Assembly: GCA_965199715.1 (NCBI GenBank)
Contig: OZ241322.1
Location: 480,001-544,000 of the forward strand
Direction of reading: 5' to 3'
DNA length: 64,000 nt
Source: Vicinamibacteria bacterium
GTDB taxonomy: Bacteria > Acidobacteriota > Vicinamibacteria > Marinacidobacterales > Marinacidobacteraceae
Shown here: piece by piece, positions 18,915 to 28,775 of the stretch
How the letters are laid out: every line of letters starts with the position of its first letter
Position numbering within the stretch: position 1 is the first letter of the stretch
The notes under the pieces: generated by a model
The model's input: only the letters and a program-made list of their open reading frames with translations
Told to the model about the DNA's origin: nothing
Database searches by the model: none
Translations under genes and position numbers: made by a program

Positions 18915-19646
18915 CTATCCGGCCCGGCCGGAAGCCACGAGATCGAGCGACCTGCGCATGGAGGATTCGATCCGGGTCACGAGCGGAGCCGTGTCGAAGC
19001 GGAAGGCGCGGGAGACTTCCTCCCGGATCTCGGCGGCGTCCTCGCGTCGCAGCCAGACCGGCGGGTACCCGCCCGACCGCATGAACCACGTCAGCAGGAC
19101 GTGCGCAACCCGGAAGTTCGCGTTCAGGAACGGTGCGATCTCAAGGAACCGTGCGAAGAACAGCGCGGCCCGGGGCGCGGGCACGAGGTCCTGACCGCTC
19201 GGTGCGTCGATCCACTCAAGGAGATCGCCGAGGCGCAAGCCGATCGTCTGCGGCGGCGAGAGCGCCCCGCCGGGGAACTGGGGCTCGATCTGGATCGTGC
19301 GGATGAGCGACGGCGGCGGATCGCCGACGGCGAGCGCGTGAGCGGCGGTGATGAGCTCGGCGTCAAGCTTCCCACCCTCACGGGCGGCCGCTTCCACGCG
19401 GCCCAGCGCGGCGAGGATAGGTACGAACGGTTGGACCGCTGCGCCAGTCCGAGCGCGGGCCCAATCGGCTGGAGCAGGCGGGCTGCCGGTGAGCGCGAGG
19501 CACTTCCCGGCGGCCTCCACCATGAGCGCCCGGCAGCGTTCCTCCCATGCATCGGCCCCGAGCCGATCCCGGACGGCGGCGCAGTGTTCCCGAAGATCCT
19601 GCCCCGGACCGCCCGGACCCGGATGCAGCGGCAGCGGCGACTCCAT
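18915..19646 (-). CDS. Fic/Doc-fold protein with degenerate motif
   Basis: AALFFARFLEIAPFLNANFRVA vs HPFxxGNGR; GYPP; TAGACT -10 7 nt before ATG 19646. Confidence 0.7.
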   Translation of the reverse strand: MESPLPLHPGPGGPGQDLREHCAAVRDRLGADAWEERCRALMVEAAGKCLALTGSPPAPADWARARTGAAVQPFVPILAALGRVEAAAREGGKLDAELITAAHALAVGDPPPSLIRTIQIEPQFPGGALSPPQTIGLRLGDLLEWIDAPSGQDLVPAPRAALFFARFLEIAPFLNANFRVAHVLLTWFMRSGGYPPVWLRREDAAEIREEVSRAFRFDTAPLVTRIESSMRRSLDLVASGRAG

Positions 19647-19704
19647 TGCCGGAAGTCTAGGGGGGGCAATCTCCAACGACGACGTAGCCGGAGACGCGGG
19701 ACCA

Positions 19705-20120
19705 TCAAGCCTCGGGAAGGGCGGCGAACCGGGCCTCCACCGACTCGGATTCGAGCCCGGCGGCGGCGACGCTGTAGCGACCCGGGCCCGCCTTGGTCAG
19801 AAGCCCCTCGTGGAGGAACCACGCCACGACCGCGAGCGCCTTGTATCTCGGTTCGGGCCTCAGGGCCTTGATGAACGCCTCGGTAGTGGTCACCGCCCCG
19901 GCGCTCCGACGAGCAGTCGCGGCGACATCGAGCACCACGGTTTCTTCTACGCGTTCTTCTACGCGCTGGTAATACTCACCATTCCGCACCGTCGATCCGG
20001 CAGTCTTCACGAGCCGAGTGTCCTCGCGCGTAAAGCGCGGATACTGCCCAGTAGACGCTAGCGTACCGCGCTGCTTGCTCCTTCTCCGAGGCCTCGTAGC
20101 AGATTCCGTGTCATCGGAAA
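19705..20120 (-). pseudogene. Hypothetical gene, apparently 5'-truncated (GTG at 20010 possible)
   Basis: Protein-like sequence YPRFTREDTRLVK... extends upstream of the only canonical start; atypical codon usage; internal 12-bp tandem duplication at 19942-19965. Confidence 0.45.
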
Positions 20121-20150
20121 CGCGGGCCGAAGAACCGATGCCTGCTGTCG

Positions 20151-20207
20151 GACCCAGCCCGGATCCAGCCCGAGTCGCTCGCAGACCCCTAACTGGAACA
20201 TAGAGAA
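20151..20207 (-). repeat. 57-bp inverted copy of an internal lctP segment (13330-13386)
   Basis: Reverse complement matches at 53/57 nt by manual alignment. Confidence 0.9.
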
Positions 20208-20328
20208 TGGCTTACGCTGAACAGGATCCGTATGCACGTGCTTGCCGGCCGCTCGCCGTACGACGAGTTCATCCACTTCCGCAACGCGCCCCGGGTGCTC
20301 TGGGCGGGCGCGGAGTACGATCCTTCCC

Positions 20329-21089
<761 letters not shown>

Positions 21090-21093
<4 letters not shown>

Positions 21094-21722
21094 TCGCTCG
21101 CGGCGACGTGCGCTGGAACGAGGCCGGCCTCGCCCCGGCCGTCATTCAGGACGCGGGCACCGGACGGGTGCTCATGCTGGGCTGGATGAACGCCGAGGCG
21201 CTCGTACGAACCCTAGAGACCGGTCGCGTCCATTTCTGGTCGCGCTCGCGCCGGACGCTCTGGAAGAAGGGCGAGACCTCGGGCAACGAGCTCCGCCTCC
21301 GCTCGCTCGCACTCGATTGCGACCGGGACGCGCTGCTCGTCCGCGCCGATCCCGCTGGCCCCACCTGCCACACCGGAGCGACCTCCTGCTTCTTCCGGGG
21401 CGAAGGGGCAGACGGATTCGGGGAAGTTCTCGGCGAACTCGCCCGCATCGTTGAGGAGCGGGCCAAGGAACGCCCGGAAGGTTCTTATACGGCCCGCCTG
21501 CTGGAAGCCGGGGTTCTTCGGACCGCCCAGAAGGTCGGCGAGGAGGGCGTAGAGACCGCGCTGGCCGGCGCGGCCGACGACGACGGGGCCCTCGTCAGCG
21601 AGGCCGCCGATCTCCTGTACCACCTGCTGGTCCTGCTCCGGGCGCGGGACGTCGCCCCCGAGCAGGTCAGCGAGGAGCTTCGCCGCCGGTTCCCAGCGCC
21701 TTCATCGCCTCCCGCAGCGTGA
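21090..21722 (+). CDS. hisIE: Bifunctional phosphoribosyl-AMP cyclohydrolase / phosphoribosyl-ATP pyrophosphatase
   Basis: [39 protein letters not shown]. Confidence 0.97.
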
Positions 21723-22410
21723 AGCGCCGCTCGTAGAGCGCCCGGCCGAGGATCACGCCGGCGATCGGCGTGCCCCGCGCCTCCTCCCGAATCAGAGCCA
21801 GATGGCCGAGCGTCCCGATCCCGCCCGCAACGATCGTCGGCCTTCCGGTCGCCCGCGCCACGTCGAGCGCTCCCCCGAGATCCGGCCCCGCCATCGTGCC
21901 GTCGCGTTCGACGCCGGTGTGGATGAACGCTCCGGCGGCCACAAACCGCCGGGCGAGAACGCCCGGAGCGCCGCCGTCCCGGACCCAGCCCCGGGTTCGC
22001 ACCCGGCCGTCCCGCACGTCAAGCGCCACCGCCACGGCCTCGGGCGCTTCCCGCATGGCCGCCTCCACAACCTCAGGAGCCTCGATCGCCGCCGTACCGA
22101 ACACCACCCGAGCGGCTCCAAGGTCGCGCCAGCGGCGGAAGTCCTCAAGGCTCCGCACGCCGCCCGCAACCTCCACCGAGAGCTCCGCCGACCGCACGAC
22201 GCTCAGGACGGCGTCCCGGTTCTCCCCGTCCCCGAACGCCCCGTCCAGATCCACGACGTGGAGCCAGCGGGCCCCGTCCCGGGCGAAGGCTTGGGCGAAC
22301 GCAACGGGATCCTCGCCATAGACGGTCTCCCGGTCGCGTTCGCCACGCATCAGCCGCACCACTCGTCCTTGGGCGAGGTCCAGCGCCGGGATGGGCTGGA
22401 TTTCGGTCAT
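21667..22410 (-). CDS. hisA: ProFAR isomerase
   Basis: [32 protein letters not shown]. Confidence 0.95.
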   Translation of the reverse strand: MTEIQPIPALDLAQGRVVRLMRGERDRETVYGEDPVAFAQAFARDGARWLHVVDLDGAFGDGENRDAVLSVVRSAELSVEVAGGVRSLEDFRRWRDLGAARVVFGTAAIEAPEVVEAAMREAPEAVAVALDVRDGRVRTRGWVRDGGAPGVLARRFVAAGAFIHTGVERDGTMAGPDLGGALDVARATGRPTIVAGGIGTLGHLALIREEARGTPIAGVILGRALYERRFTLREAMKALGTGGEAPR

Positions 22411-23015
22411 CGGCTGGCGAGGAAGTTGGCGAGGATGCGCTCGCCGACGCGTCCGCTCTTCTCGGGGTGGAACTGAATCCCGGCGATCCGGCCCCGGGCG
22501 ACCGCCGAGACGAACCGCCCGGCGTACTCGGTCTGGGCGACCCCGTCCCGGTCGTCCTCGAGATCGGCGTAGTAGGTATGCAGGAAGTACACCCACGAAC
22601 CCTCGGGAACTCCGGCGAAGAGCGGGTGCGGGCGCATCGCCTCCAACTGGTTCCAGCCGATGTGCGGGGCCCGCACGCCGGACGGGAACCGGCGCACCCG
22701 CCCCGGAAGGAGAGCAAGCCCCGCAACGTCCGGATCCTCGTCGCTCGCGTCCAAGAGGATCTGGAGCCCGACGCAGATGCCGAGCAGCCGGGCTCCCCGT
22801 TCCAGCGCATCGCGCAGCGGAGCCTCCAGTCCTCGCTCCCGGAGCCCCCGCATCGCCTCGCCGAAGCGCCCGTCACCGGGAAGCACGAGATCGTCGCCGC
22901 TTCGGACTTCCTCGGGATCCCGCGTGAGCGTGACCGGCGCTCCCCGCCGCCGGAACGCCCGGACCACGCTGCCGAGGTTTCCGGCCCCGTGATCGACGAC
23001 GACCACGTTCCCCAT
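22407..23015 (-). CDS. hisH: Imidazole glycerol phosphate synthase glutaminase subunit
   Basis: GNLGSV, GICVGLQ, PHIGWN, QFHPEKS. Confidence 0.96.
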   Translation of the reverse strand: MGNVVVVDHGAGNLGSVVRAFRRRGAPVTLTRDPEEVRSGDDLVLPGDGRFGEAMRGLRERGLEAPLRDALERGARLLGICVGLQILLDASDEDPDVAGLALLPGRVRRFPSGVRAPHIGWNQLEAMRPHPLFAGVPEGSWVYFLHTYYADLEDDRDGVAQTEYAGRFVSAVARGRIAGIQFHPEKSGRVGERILANFLASR

Positions 23016-23605
23016 CAGACGCTGAGCGAGCCCTTGGTGGAGAGAACCCGGTCCGAGACGACGCTGCGGGCATCCCGAAAGGCACGGCCGAACGCCTTGA
23101 ACACGGTCTCGGCGATGTGGTGGCTGTTGCGCCCGGTGAGGCCGTCCACGTGCACCGTCATGCGGCTCCGGTCGGTCAGCGCCCGGAAGAAATCCTCGAA
23201 GAGTTCCGTCGGCACCGCGCCCACGCGCTCGGCAGAGAACCGGACCCGCCACGCGAGAAACGGCCGCCCGCAGAGATCCACGACGACCCGGGAAAGCGCC
23301 TCGTCCAGCGGTACGTGCGCGGTTCCGAACCGCTCCACCCCGACGAGGTCCGAGAGCGCCTCGCGCAGGCAGTCGCCGAGCACGAGCCCCACGTCCTCGA
23401 TCGTGTGGTGCGGGTCCACGTGGAGGTCCCCCTTCGCCTCGATCGCAAGGGAGACTCCCGAGTGGCGGGCGAAGGCGTCGAGCATGTGATCAAAGAACCC
23501 GAGCCCAGTGGAAACCGAGATCCGGGGCTCGGGCGGATCAAGGTCCACCCGAGCCTTGACGCTGGTCTCGCGAGTGCTCCGGTCCGCAGCCGCCCGTCGG
23601 CTCAC
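23015..23605 (-). CDS. hisB: Imidazoleglycerol-phosphate dehydratase
   Basis: RSTRET, FFDHML, DPHHTIED, NSHHIAE.FKA. Confidence 0.97.
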   Translation of the reverse strand: MSRRAAADRSTRETSVKARVDLDPPEPRISVSTGLGFFDHMLDAFARHSGVSLAIEAKGDLHVDPHHTIEDVGLVLGDCLREALSDLVGVERFGTAHVPLDEALSRVVVDLCGRPFLAWRVRFSAERVGAVPTELFEDFFRALTDRSRMTVHVDGLTGRNSHHIAETVFKAFGRAFRDARSVVSDRVLSTKGSLSV

Positions 23606-24675
23606 TGGGCGGCGACCTCGCGCAGCGCGTGGAGGAACTCCCGGTTCTCTTCGGGAGTGCCGACGGTCACCCGAATCGCGTTCCGCAGCACGGCGCTGTC
23701 CGGGTAATGGCGGATACCGATGCCAAGCTGCTGAAGCTCCCGGGCGATCTCCGCGCCCGGGCGCGGCGTTTCCGCCAGCACGAAGTTGGTCCGGGAACGC
23801 CTCGGACGCACTCCCGGAATCGCTCCCATCCGGTCGGTCAGCGACTCCCGTTCGGCGGAGATCCGCTCCACGAGCCGCAGGAGCGCCGGCCGATGGTCCA
23901 GCACCGGCATAGCCGCCCGAGCGGTGAAGATGCCGACCGGAAACGGATGCTGGCAGCGGCGGATCATCGCGATCGCCTCGGGGTCGCCGAGCACGTAGCC
24001 GAGCCGCGCTCCCGCGAGCGCGAGCGCCTTCGAGAACGTCCGAAGCAGGAGAACGTTGCCGAACTCGTCCAGAAGCGCCCGGGCGCTGGTCCCGGCGAAC
24101 TCGTGATATGCCTCGTCCACGACCACGAAACCGGGCGTCGCTGCGGCCAGCTCGCGAAGCTCGGCGAGCGGGAACACCGCCCCCGAGGGGTTGTGCGGGC
24201 GATTCACGTAGATGAGCGCCGGCTTCTCGACCCGGGCGCGGCGGGCCAGCGCCTTCAGGGGATAGCCGAGGTCGTGATCAAGTTGGAACGGGCGGGCGTC
24301 GCCGCCGGCAAGCCCGATCGCCCACGGATACATCGAGAACCCGGGCGACGGGTACCAGCCAGCGGACCCCGGGCCGGTGAGCGCAAGCGCCGTCAGCGCG
24401 AGCATCTCGTCGCCGCCGCTGCCGAAGACCACTCCTTCGGGCTTCCAGTCGGCGACCGCCGCGAGTCGCCGCCGCACCGGCGGATAGGACTCGTCGGGAT
24501 ACGGCCGCGGATCGGCGGTCGCGACCGCCGCCGCGATGGCCTCCGGCAGTCCTTCCGGAAGGGGCCAGCGGCTTTCGTTCCAATCGAGCCGGATCCGCCC
24601 CGGCGGACGGCTCGGAATCTCGGGCGAGAGGTCGCGGACGGTGCGACGAATCGCGTCGAATGGGACGGGCTTCAT
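23602..24675 (-). CDS. hisC: Histidinol-phosphate aminotransferase
   Basis: LDWNE, PHNPSG, DEAY.EF, RTFSKA...G.RLGY. Confidence 0.93.
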   Translation of the reverse strand: MKPVPFDAIRRTVRDLSPEIPSRPPGRIRLDWNESRWPLPEGLPEAIAAAVATADPRPYPDESYPPVRRRLAAVADWKPEGVVFGSGGDEMLALTALALTGPGSAGWYPSPGFSMYPWAIGLAGGDARPFQLDHDLGYPLKALARRARVEKPALIYVNRPHNPSGAVFPLAELRELAAATPGFVVVDEAYHEFAGTSARALLDEFGNVLLLRTFSKALALAGARLGYVLGDPEAIAMIRRCQHPFPVGIFTARAAMPVLDHRPALLRLVERISAERESLTDRMGAIPGVRPRRSRTNFVLAETPRPGAEIARELQQLGIGIRHYPDSAVLRNAIRVTVGTPEENREFLHALREVAAQ

Positions 24676-24697
24676 GAAGCGGCGGGCGAATGCTAAG

Positions 24698-25978
24698 TCA
24701 CTCGTCGTCGAACCGGACCTCAAGCGAGCGGGCGTGCGCCTCGAATCCCTCCATCCGGGCGAACTGCGCGAGTTCGGCGGCGACGCCCAAGAGCGCCGGG
24801 CGGTCGAAGCGGATGAGCGCCTGCCGCTTCCGGAAGTCGGCCACCGACAGCGGCGAGGCGTACCGGGCCGCTCCGCCGGTGGGAAGAACGTGGTTGGGAC
24901 CGACTCCGTAGTCGCCGAGCGCAACCGGGGCATGGGCCCCGAGGAGGACCGCCCCCGCTCCGGGGAAGCGGTCGGCGAGCGCTTCGGGGTCTTCCACCAT
25001 GACCTCAAGGTGCTCGGGGGCGATCTCCTCGGCCACGGCGACTGCCTGTTCCAGATCGCGGACGAGGATCACCGCCCCTCGCGCCCGAAGCGCCTGGGAG
25101 ATCGTCTCGCGGCGGGGATGGGACGGCCCCTGTCGCTCCAGTTCGTCCACGGTTGCGGAAGCCAGCTCCCCGGACGTGGTGATGAGCACCGCGAGCTCCT
25201 CCCCGGAGCCGTGCTCCACCTGCGCCAGCAGGTCGGCGGCCACCCAGCGGGCATTGGCGCTCGCGTCGGCCACGACCACGACCTCGGACGGCCCGGCGAC
25301 CGAGTCGATCCCCACCCGAGCGGACAACTGGCGCTTGGCCTCCGCCACGAAGGCGTTGCCGGGCCCCACGACGAGCCTCACCCGGGGAATCGTCGCGGTT
25401 CCGAGCGCAAACGCGGCGATGGCCTGCGCTCCTCCGACCCGATACACCTCGGTGACTTCGGCCGCGAGGATCGCGGCCGCGAGCGCCGGATGGCGCTCCA
25501 GCGCGCCGGGCGGCGTGGCGAGCGCGATGCGGGGGACTCCGGCCACCCGCGCCGGCGCGACGTTCATCAGGACGGTGGAGGGATAGACCGCGGCTCCACC
25601 GGGGACATAGACCCCGACAGAGGGGATCGCCAGCACCCGCCATTCGAGCTCCGCGCCCAAGCGGAAGGACGGCTCCGACTGGCGCTCGTGAAAGGCGGTG
25701 ATCCGAGCGAGCGCCCGCTCCAGAACCGAACGCTGTGTCACCGGGAGCGGCTTCGCCGCGGCTTGAAGCTCGCTCGACGTGACCCGAAGCGAGTCCACGT
25801 CCACCCGGTCGAACCGCCGGGCGAAGCGGCGGAGCGCGTCATCGCCGTCGCGTTGGACTTCGTCGATGATCGCCCGGGTCGCGCCGGAAACGTCGGCGCT
25901 TTCGCCGGAACGGCCCGATCGGAACGCCTCACGCCACGCCTCCGGGTTCGGATACACCGGGATCCGAAACGCGCTCAC
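24698..25978 (-). CDS. hisD: Histidinol dehydrogenase
   Basis: GVYVPGG, GGAQAIAA, GPGNAFV, AGPSE, PEHLE, GPNHVLPT. Confidence 0.96.
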   Translation of the reverse strand: MSAFRIPVYPNPEAWREAFRSGRSGESADVSGATRAIIDEVQRDGDDALRRFARRFDRVDVDSLRVTSSELQAAAKPLPVTQRSVLERALARITAFHERQSEPSFRLGAELEWRVLAIPSVGVYVPGGAAVYPSTVLMNVAPARVAGVPRIALATPPGALERHPALAAAILAAEVTEVYRVGGAQAIAAFALGTATIPRVRLVVGPGNAFVAEAKRQLSARVGIDSVAGPSEVVVVADASANARWVAADLLAQVEHGSGEELAVLITTSGELASATVDELERQGPSHPRRETISQALRARGAVILVRDLEQAVAVAEEIAPEHLEVMVEDPEALADRFPGAGAVLLGAHAPVALGDYGVGPNHVLPTGGAARYASPLSVADFRKRQALIRFDRPALLGVAAELAQFARMEGFEAHARSLEVRFDDE

Positions 25979-26598
25979 GAGTCCGCCGCTTCGGCGAGCC
26001 GCCGCAACATGGGGCGGATCCGGTCGCCGCGGAGCCGGAACGCCGCCCGGTTGACGATGACCCGGGCCGAACTCGTAAAGAGCGTCTCGACCTCCACCAG
26101 ACCGTTCGCCCGCAGCGTGCTCCCGGTCTCCACGAGATCCACGATCGCGTCGGCGAGCCCCACGACCGGCGCCAGCTCGATCGAGCCGGAGAGCCGGATC
26201 AACTCGACCGGCACCCCCCGTCGCCCAAAATGGCGCTCCGCTACCCGCGGATACTTGGTGGCGACCCGGAACGATCCCGGGGGAAGCTCGCGCCCTTCCG
26301 GACGCGCCACGACCATCCGGCAACGCCCGAAACCGAGGTCCAGCGGCTCATACAGCGGCAGCGGTTGCTCCTCCAGCACGTCGCGCCCGGCGATCCCGAG
26401 GTCGGCCACCCCGTGCTCGACATAGATCGGGAGGTCGCGGTCCTTCGCGAACAGGGCCTCGACGCCGTCCCCCCGGAGTCGCAGCCGCCGCCCGGCTTCC
26501 CGCACCGGCGGCAGCGGGATCCCGGCGCGGGCGAGGCAATCCGCGACCGGCTCGAGGAGGCGTCCGGTCGGAAGGCCGAGGACGAGCGGCTCGCTCAT
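25975..26598 (-). CDS. hisG: ATP phosphoribosyltransferase (short form)
   Basis: ADLGIAG.D, VATKYP, GSIELAP, DLVETGSTL. Confidence 0.96.
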   Translation of the reverse strand: MSEPLVLGLPTGRLLEPVADCLARAGIPLPPVREAGRRLRLRGDGVEALFAKDRDLPIYVEHGVADLGIAGRDVLEEQPLPLYEPLDLGFGRCRMVVARPEGRELPPGSFRVATKYPRVAERHFGRRGVPVELIRLSGSIELAPVVGLADAIVDLVETGSTLRANGLVEVETLFTSSARVIVNRAAFRLRGDRIRPMLRRLAEAADS

Positions 26599-27665
26599 CG
26601 ATCGGGCTCCATCCGAACCGACCCGCCGCGGCCCCGGGCGGTGCGGGCGGCGCGAAACGCCTCGGCGAGCCGCTCGGGGTGCGCGGGCACGGGCTGCGAC
26701 GGCTCTTTCAGGGGATCGGGAATGAGATCCGCGAGCGCGCCCACCGAGAGCGAGAAGCCGACCGCAGGACGCGGCGCGCCGAAGCGGGCGAGCAGGTCGT
26801 CGTAGCGGCCGCCGCCGCCAAGCTCGCGTCCCGCACCCGGGGCGTGGACCTCAAGGATCATCCCGGTGTAGTAGTCGAACCCGCGCAGCTCGGCGAAGTC
26901 GAAGCGGAAGCGGTCGATCAGCCCGAGCCGGGTCAGGACGTCCGCGATGTCCGCCATCCGGTCCACGGCTTCCACGGCCCGCCGCGGCAGCCCCGGCCGC
27001 CGGGCGGCTTCAAGCGCCTCTACCCCGCCGAGGCAATCGAGCGCGCCCAGCAACGGAGCGGCGGTCTCCCCGAGCCCGGCGCGGATGCGCGAGCGATCCT
27101 TCTTCCAGAGGCCGCGCAGCGCCTCCTCGCGGGAGGAGGACGGACGCCTCGCGAGCGCCTCGTCCAGAAGGCCGAGCGGGTACCCCGCATGGCCGAGCGT
27201 GAACCGGGCGTCACGTATCCCGAGCCGGTCCAGCACCTCAAGCGCGACGATCAGGATCTCAAGGTCCGCCGCGAGTCCCCCCGCGTAATGCTCCACGCCG
27301 ACTTCGGAGAGCGCCGCCGGGCCGAGGCTCCGCTCAGGGCGACGCATGACCTCGCCCCGGTAAGAGAGCCGCCGGGTCTCCGGGGGCAGCCGGGTCGCCG
27401 CCGCCCGCGCCGCGAGCGCGGTGCAGTCGGTTCGGAGCGAGAGCAGCGCCCCGCCCTCGGTGAACCGGTAACTGGCCCGCTCGGACCACCGCCCCCCGCC
27501 CCGGGCGAACGCCTCGGCGTAGTCGAAGACCGGGAGCAGGATCTCCTCGTAGCCCCACCCGGCGAGCACGCTCGCCGCTACCGCCTCCACCCGCCGCCGA
27601 CGACGCGCCTCGTCCCCCACGAAGCACACCGCGCCGGGAAGCGTCCGCAGCAGCGAGTCCGACAT
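26595..27665 (-). CDS. hisZ: ATP phosphoribosyltransferase regulatory subunit
   Basis: HisRS-like LRTDCT, DYYTG, GGGRYDDL, AVGFS; adjacent to short hisG. Confidence 0.92.
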   Translation of the reverse strand: MSDSLLRTLPGAVCFVGDEARRRRRVEAVAASVLAGWGYEEILLPVFDYAEAFARGGGRWSERASYRFTEGGALLSLRTDCTALAARAAATRLPPETRRLSYRGEVMRRPERSLGPAALSEVGVEHYAGGLAADLEILIVALEVLDRLGIRDARFTLGHAGYPLGLLDEALARRPSSSREEALRGLWKKDRSRIRAGLGETAAPLLGALDCLGGVEALEAARRPGLPRRAVEAVDRMADIADVLTRLGLIDRFRFDFAELRGFDYYTGMILEVHAPGAGRELGGGGRYDDLLARFGAPRPAVGFSLSVGALADLIPDPLKEPSQPVPAHPERLAEAFRAARTARGRGGSVRMEPDR

Positions 27666-28702
27666 CACACCCCAACGTAGCGGGCGACGAGCGAGCGCGC
27701 CGCCGCCGGGTCGCTGGTTCCGTGGACGATCGCGCGTCCGTCGGGAAACACCACGAGCCGCCGGCCCTCGGCCTCGAAGGACAGGACCAGCGGGCTGGAC
27801 CGGATGGACTCCCGCACCGCGTCCAGCCGGCCGAGCCGCTCCCCGAGCGAGCGCAGCAGGTCCGGCTCCGCGCCGGTCCCCGAGGGCCGGACCTGAACCG
27901 CGTTCCGCCCGCACAGCGTCGCCGGCGACGATTCGGCGCGGCCGTCGAGAAACGGGAACTCGCGCTTGGAGCACGCCGGACAGTCGGGATCGGGGCCGCC
28001 GATCTCCATGCGGTAGGCGTCCCGCTCCCAGACGTCGAGATGCCAGATCCCGGTCGAGAGCGCCTCCATGCGCCCGGCGAGCGCCTTGAGCGCGTCGGCG
28101 ACCGCCCAGGCGGCGACGGCGTGCACCACGGGCGCGATCACGCCGGCGGTGTCGCAGGTCGGCGACGAGCCCGGCGGGGGAACGTCGGGAACGACGCACC
28201 GCAGGCAGCCGGTCCGGCCGGGCACGATGGTGCAGGTCATCCCGTAGCTGCCGACGCAGGCCGCGTAGATCCACGGAATCCCGAAGCGGACCGCGGCGTC
28301 GTTGATGAGGTAGCGCGTCCCGAAGTTATCGGTGGCGTCGAGGATCACGTCCGCGCCCTCGACCGCCGACGCGACGTTGCCCGCGTGGAGGTCCGCCGCG
28401 AGCGGCTCCAGCGCGATCTCCCGGTTCACTTCCTCGAGCCGCCGCCGGGCGCCTTCGGCCTTCGGCACTCCCTCGGCGGCGTCGCGCTCCCCGTAGAGGC
28501 ACTGGCGCTGCAGGTTGGAGAGCTCCACGGTGTCCCGGTCCACGAAGCGCACCCGCCCGACCCCGCCGCGCGCCAGCATGTCCAGCGCGACCGTGCCGAG
28601 CGCCCCGGCCCCCACCACGAGCGCGGTCGCCCGCCCGAGCCGCTCCTGGCCGTCGGCGCCGATACCCTCGAAAAGAACCTGGCGGGAATAGCGGTCGGAC
28701 AC
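27665..28702 (-). CDS. ThiF/MoeB family adenylyltransferase
   Basis: RYSRQ, GAGALG, SNLQRQ, ATDNF, CLRC, CPAC, LCGRNAVQ, FPDGRAI. Confidence 0.93.
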   Translation of the reverse strand: MSDRYSRQVLFEGIGADGQERLGRATALVVGAGALGTVALDMLARGGVGRVRFVDRDTVELSNLQRQCLYGERDAAEGVPKAEGARRRLEEVNREIALEPLAADLHAGNVASAVEGADVILDATDNFGTRYLINDAAVRFGIPWIYAACVGSYGMTCTIVPGRTGCLRCVVPDVPPPGSSPTCDTAGVIAPVVHAVAAWAVADALKALAGRMEALSTGIWHLDVWERDAYRMEIGGPDPDCPACSKREFPFLDGRAESSPATLCGRNAVQVRPSGTGAEPDLLRSLGERLGRLDAVRESIRSSPLVLSFEAEGRRLVVFPDGRAIVHGTSDPAAARSLVARYVGV

Positions 28703-28775
28703 GCGGAAGGGATCCCCCGCGGGGCTCGGGCCGCGGGGCCGGTATTCTGACCGAAGCCTTAGACTTCGGGACCCG

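Noticed and set aside
27665-28702. ThiF as an E1 of a ubiquitin-like defence or RiPP system
   Set aside because: Ordinary MoeB-type sequence with no E2, JAB, Ubl or precursor peptide nearby
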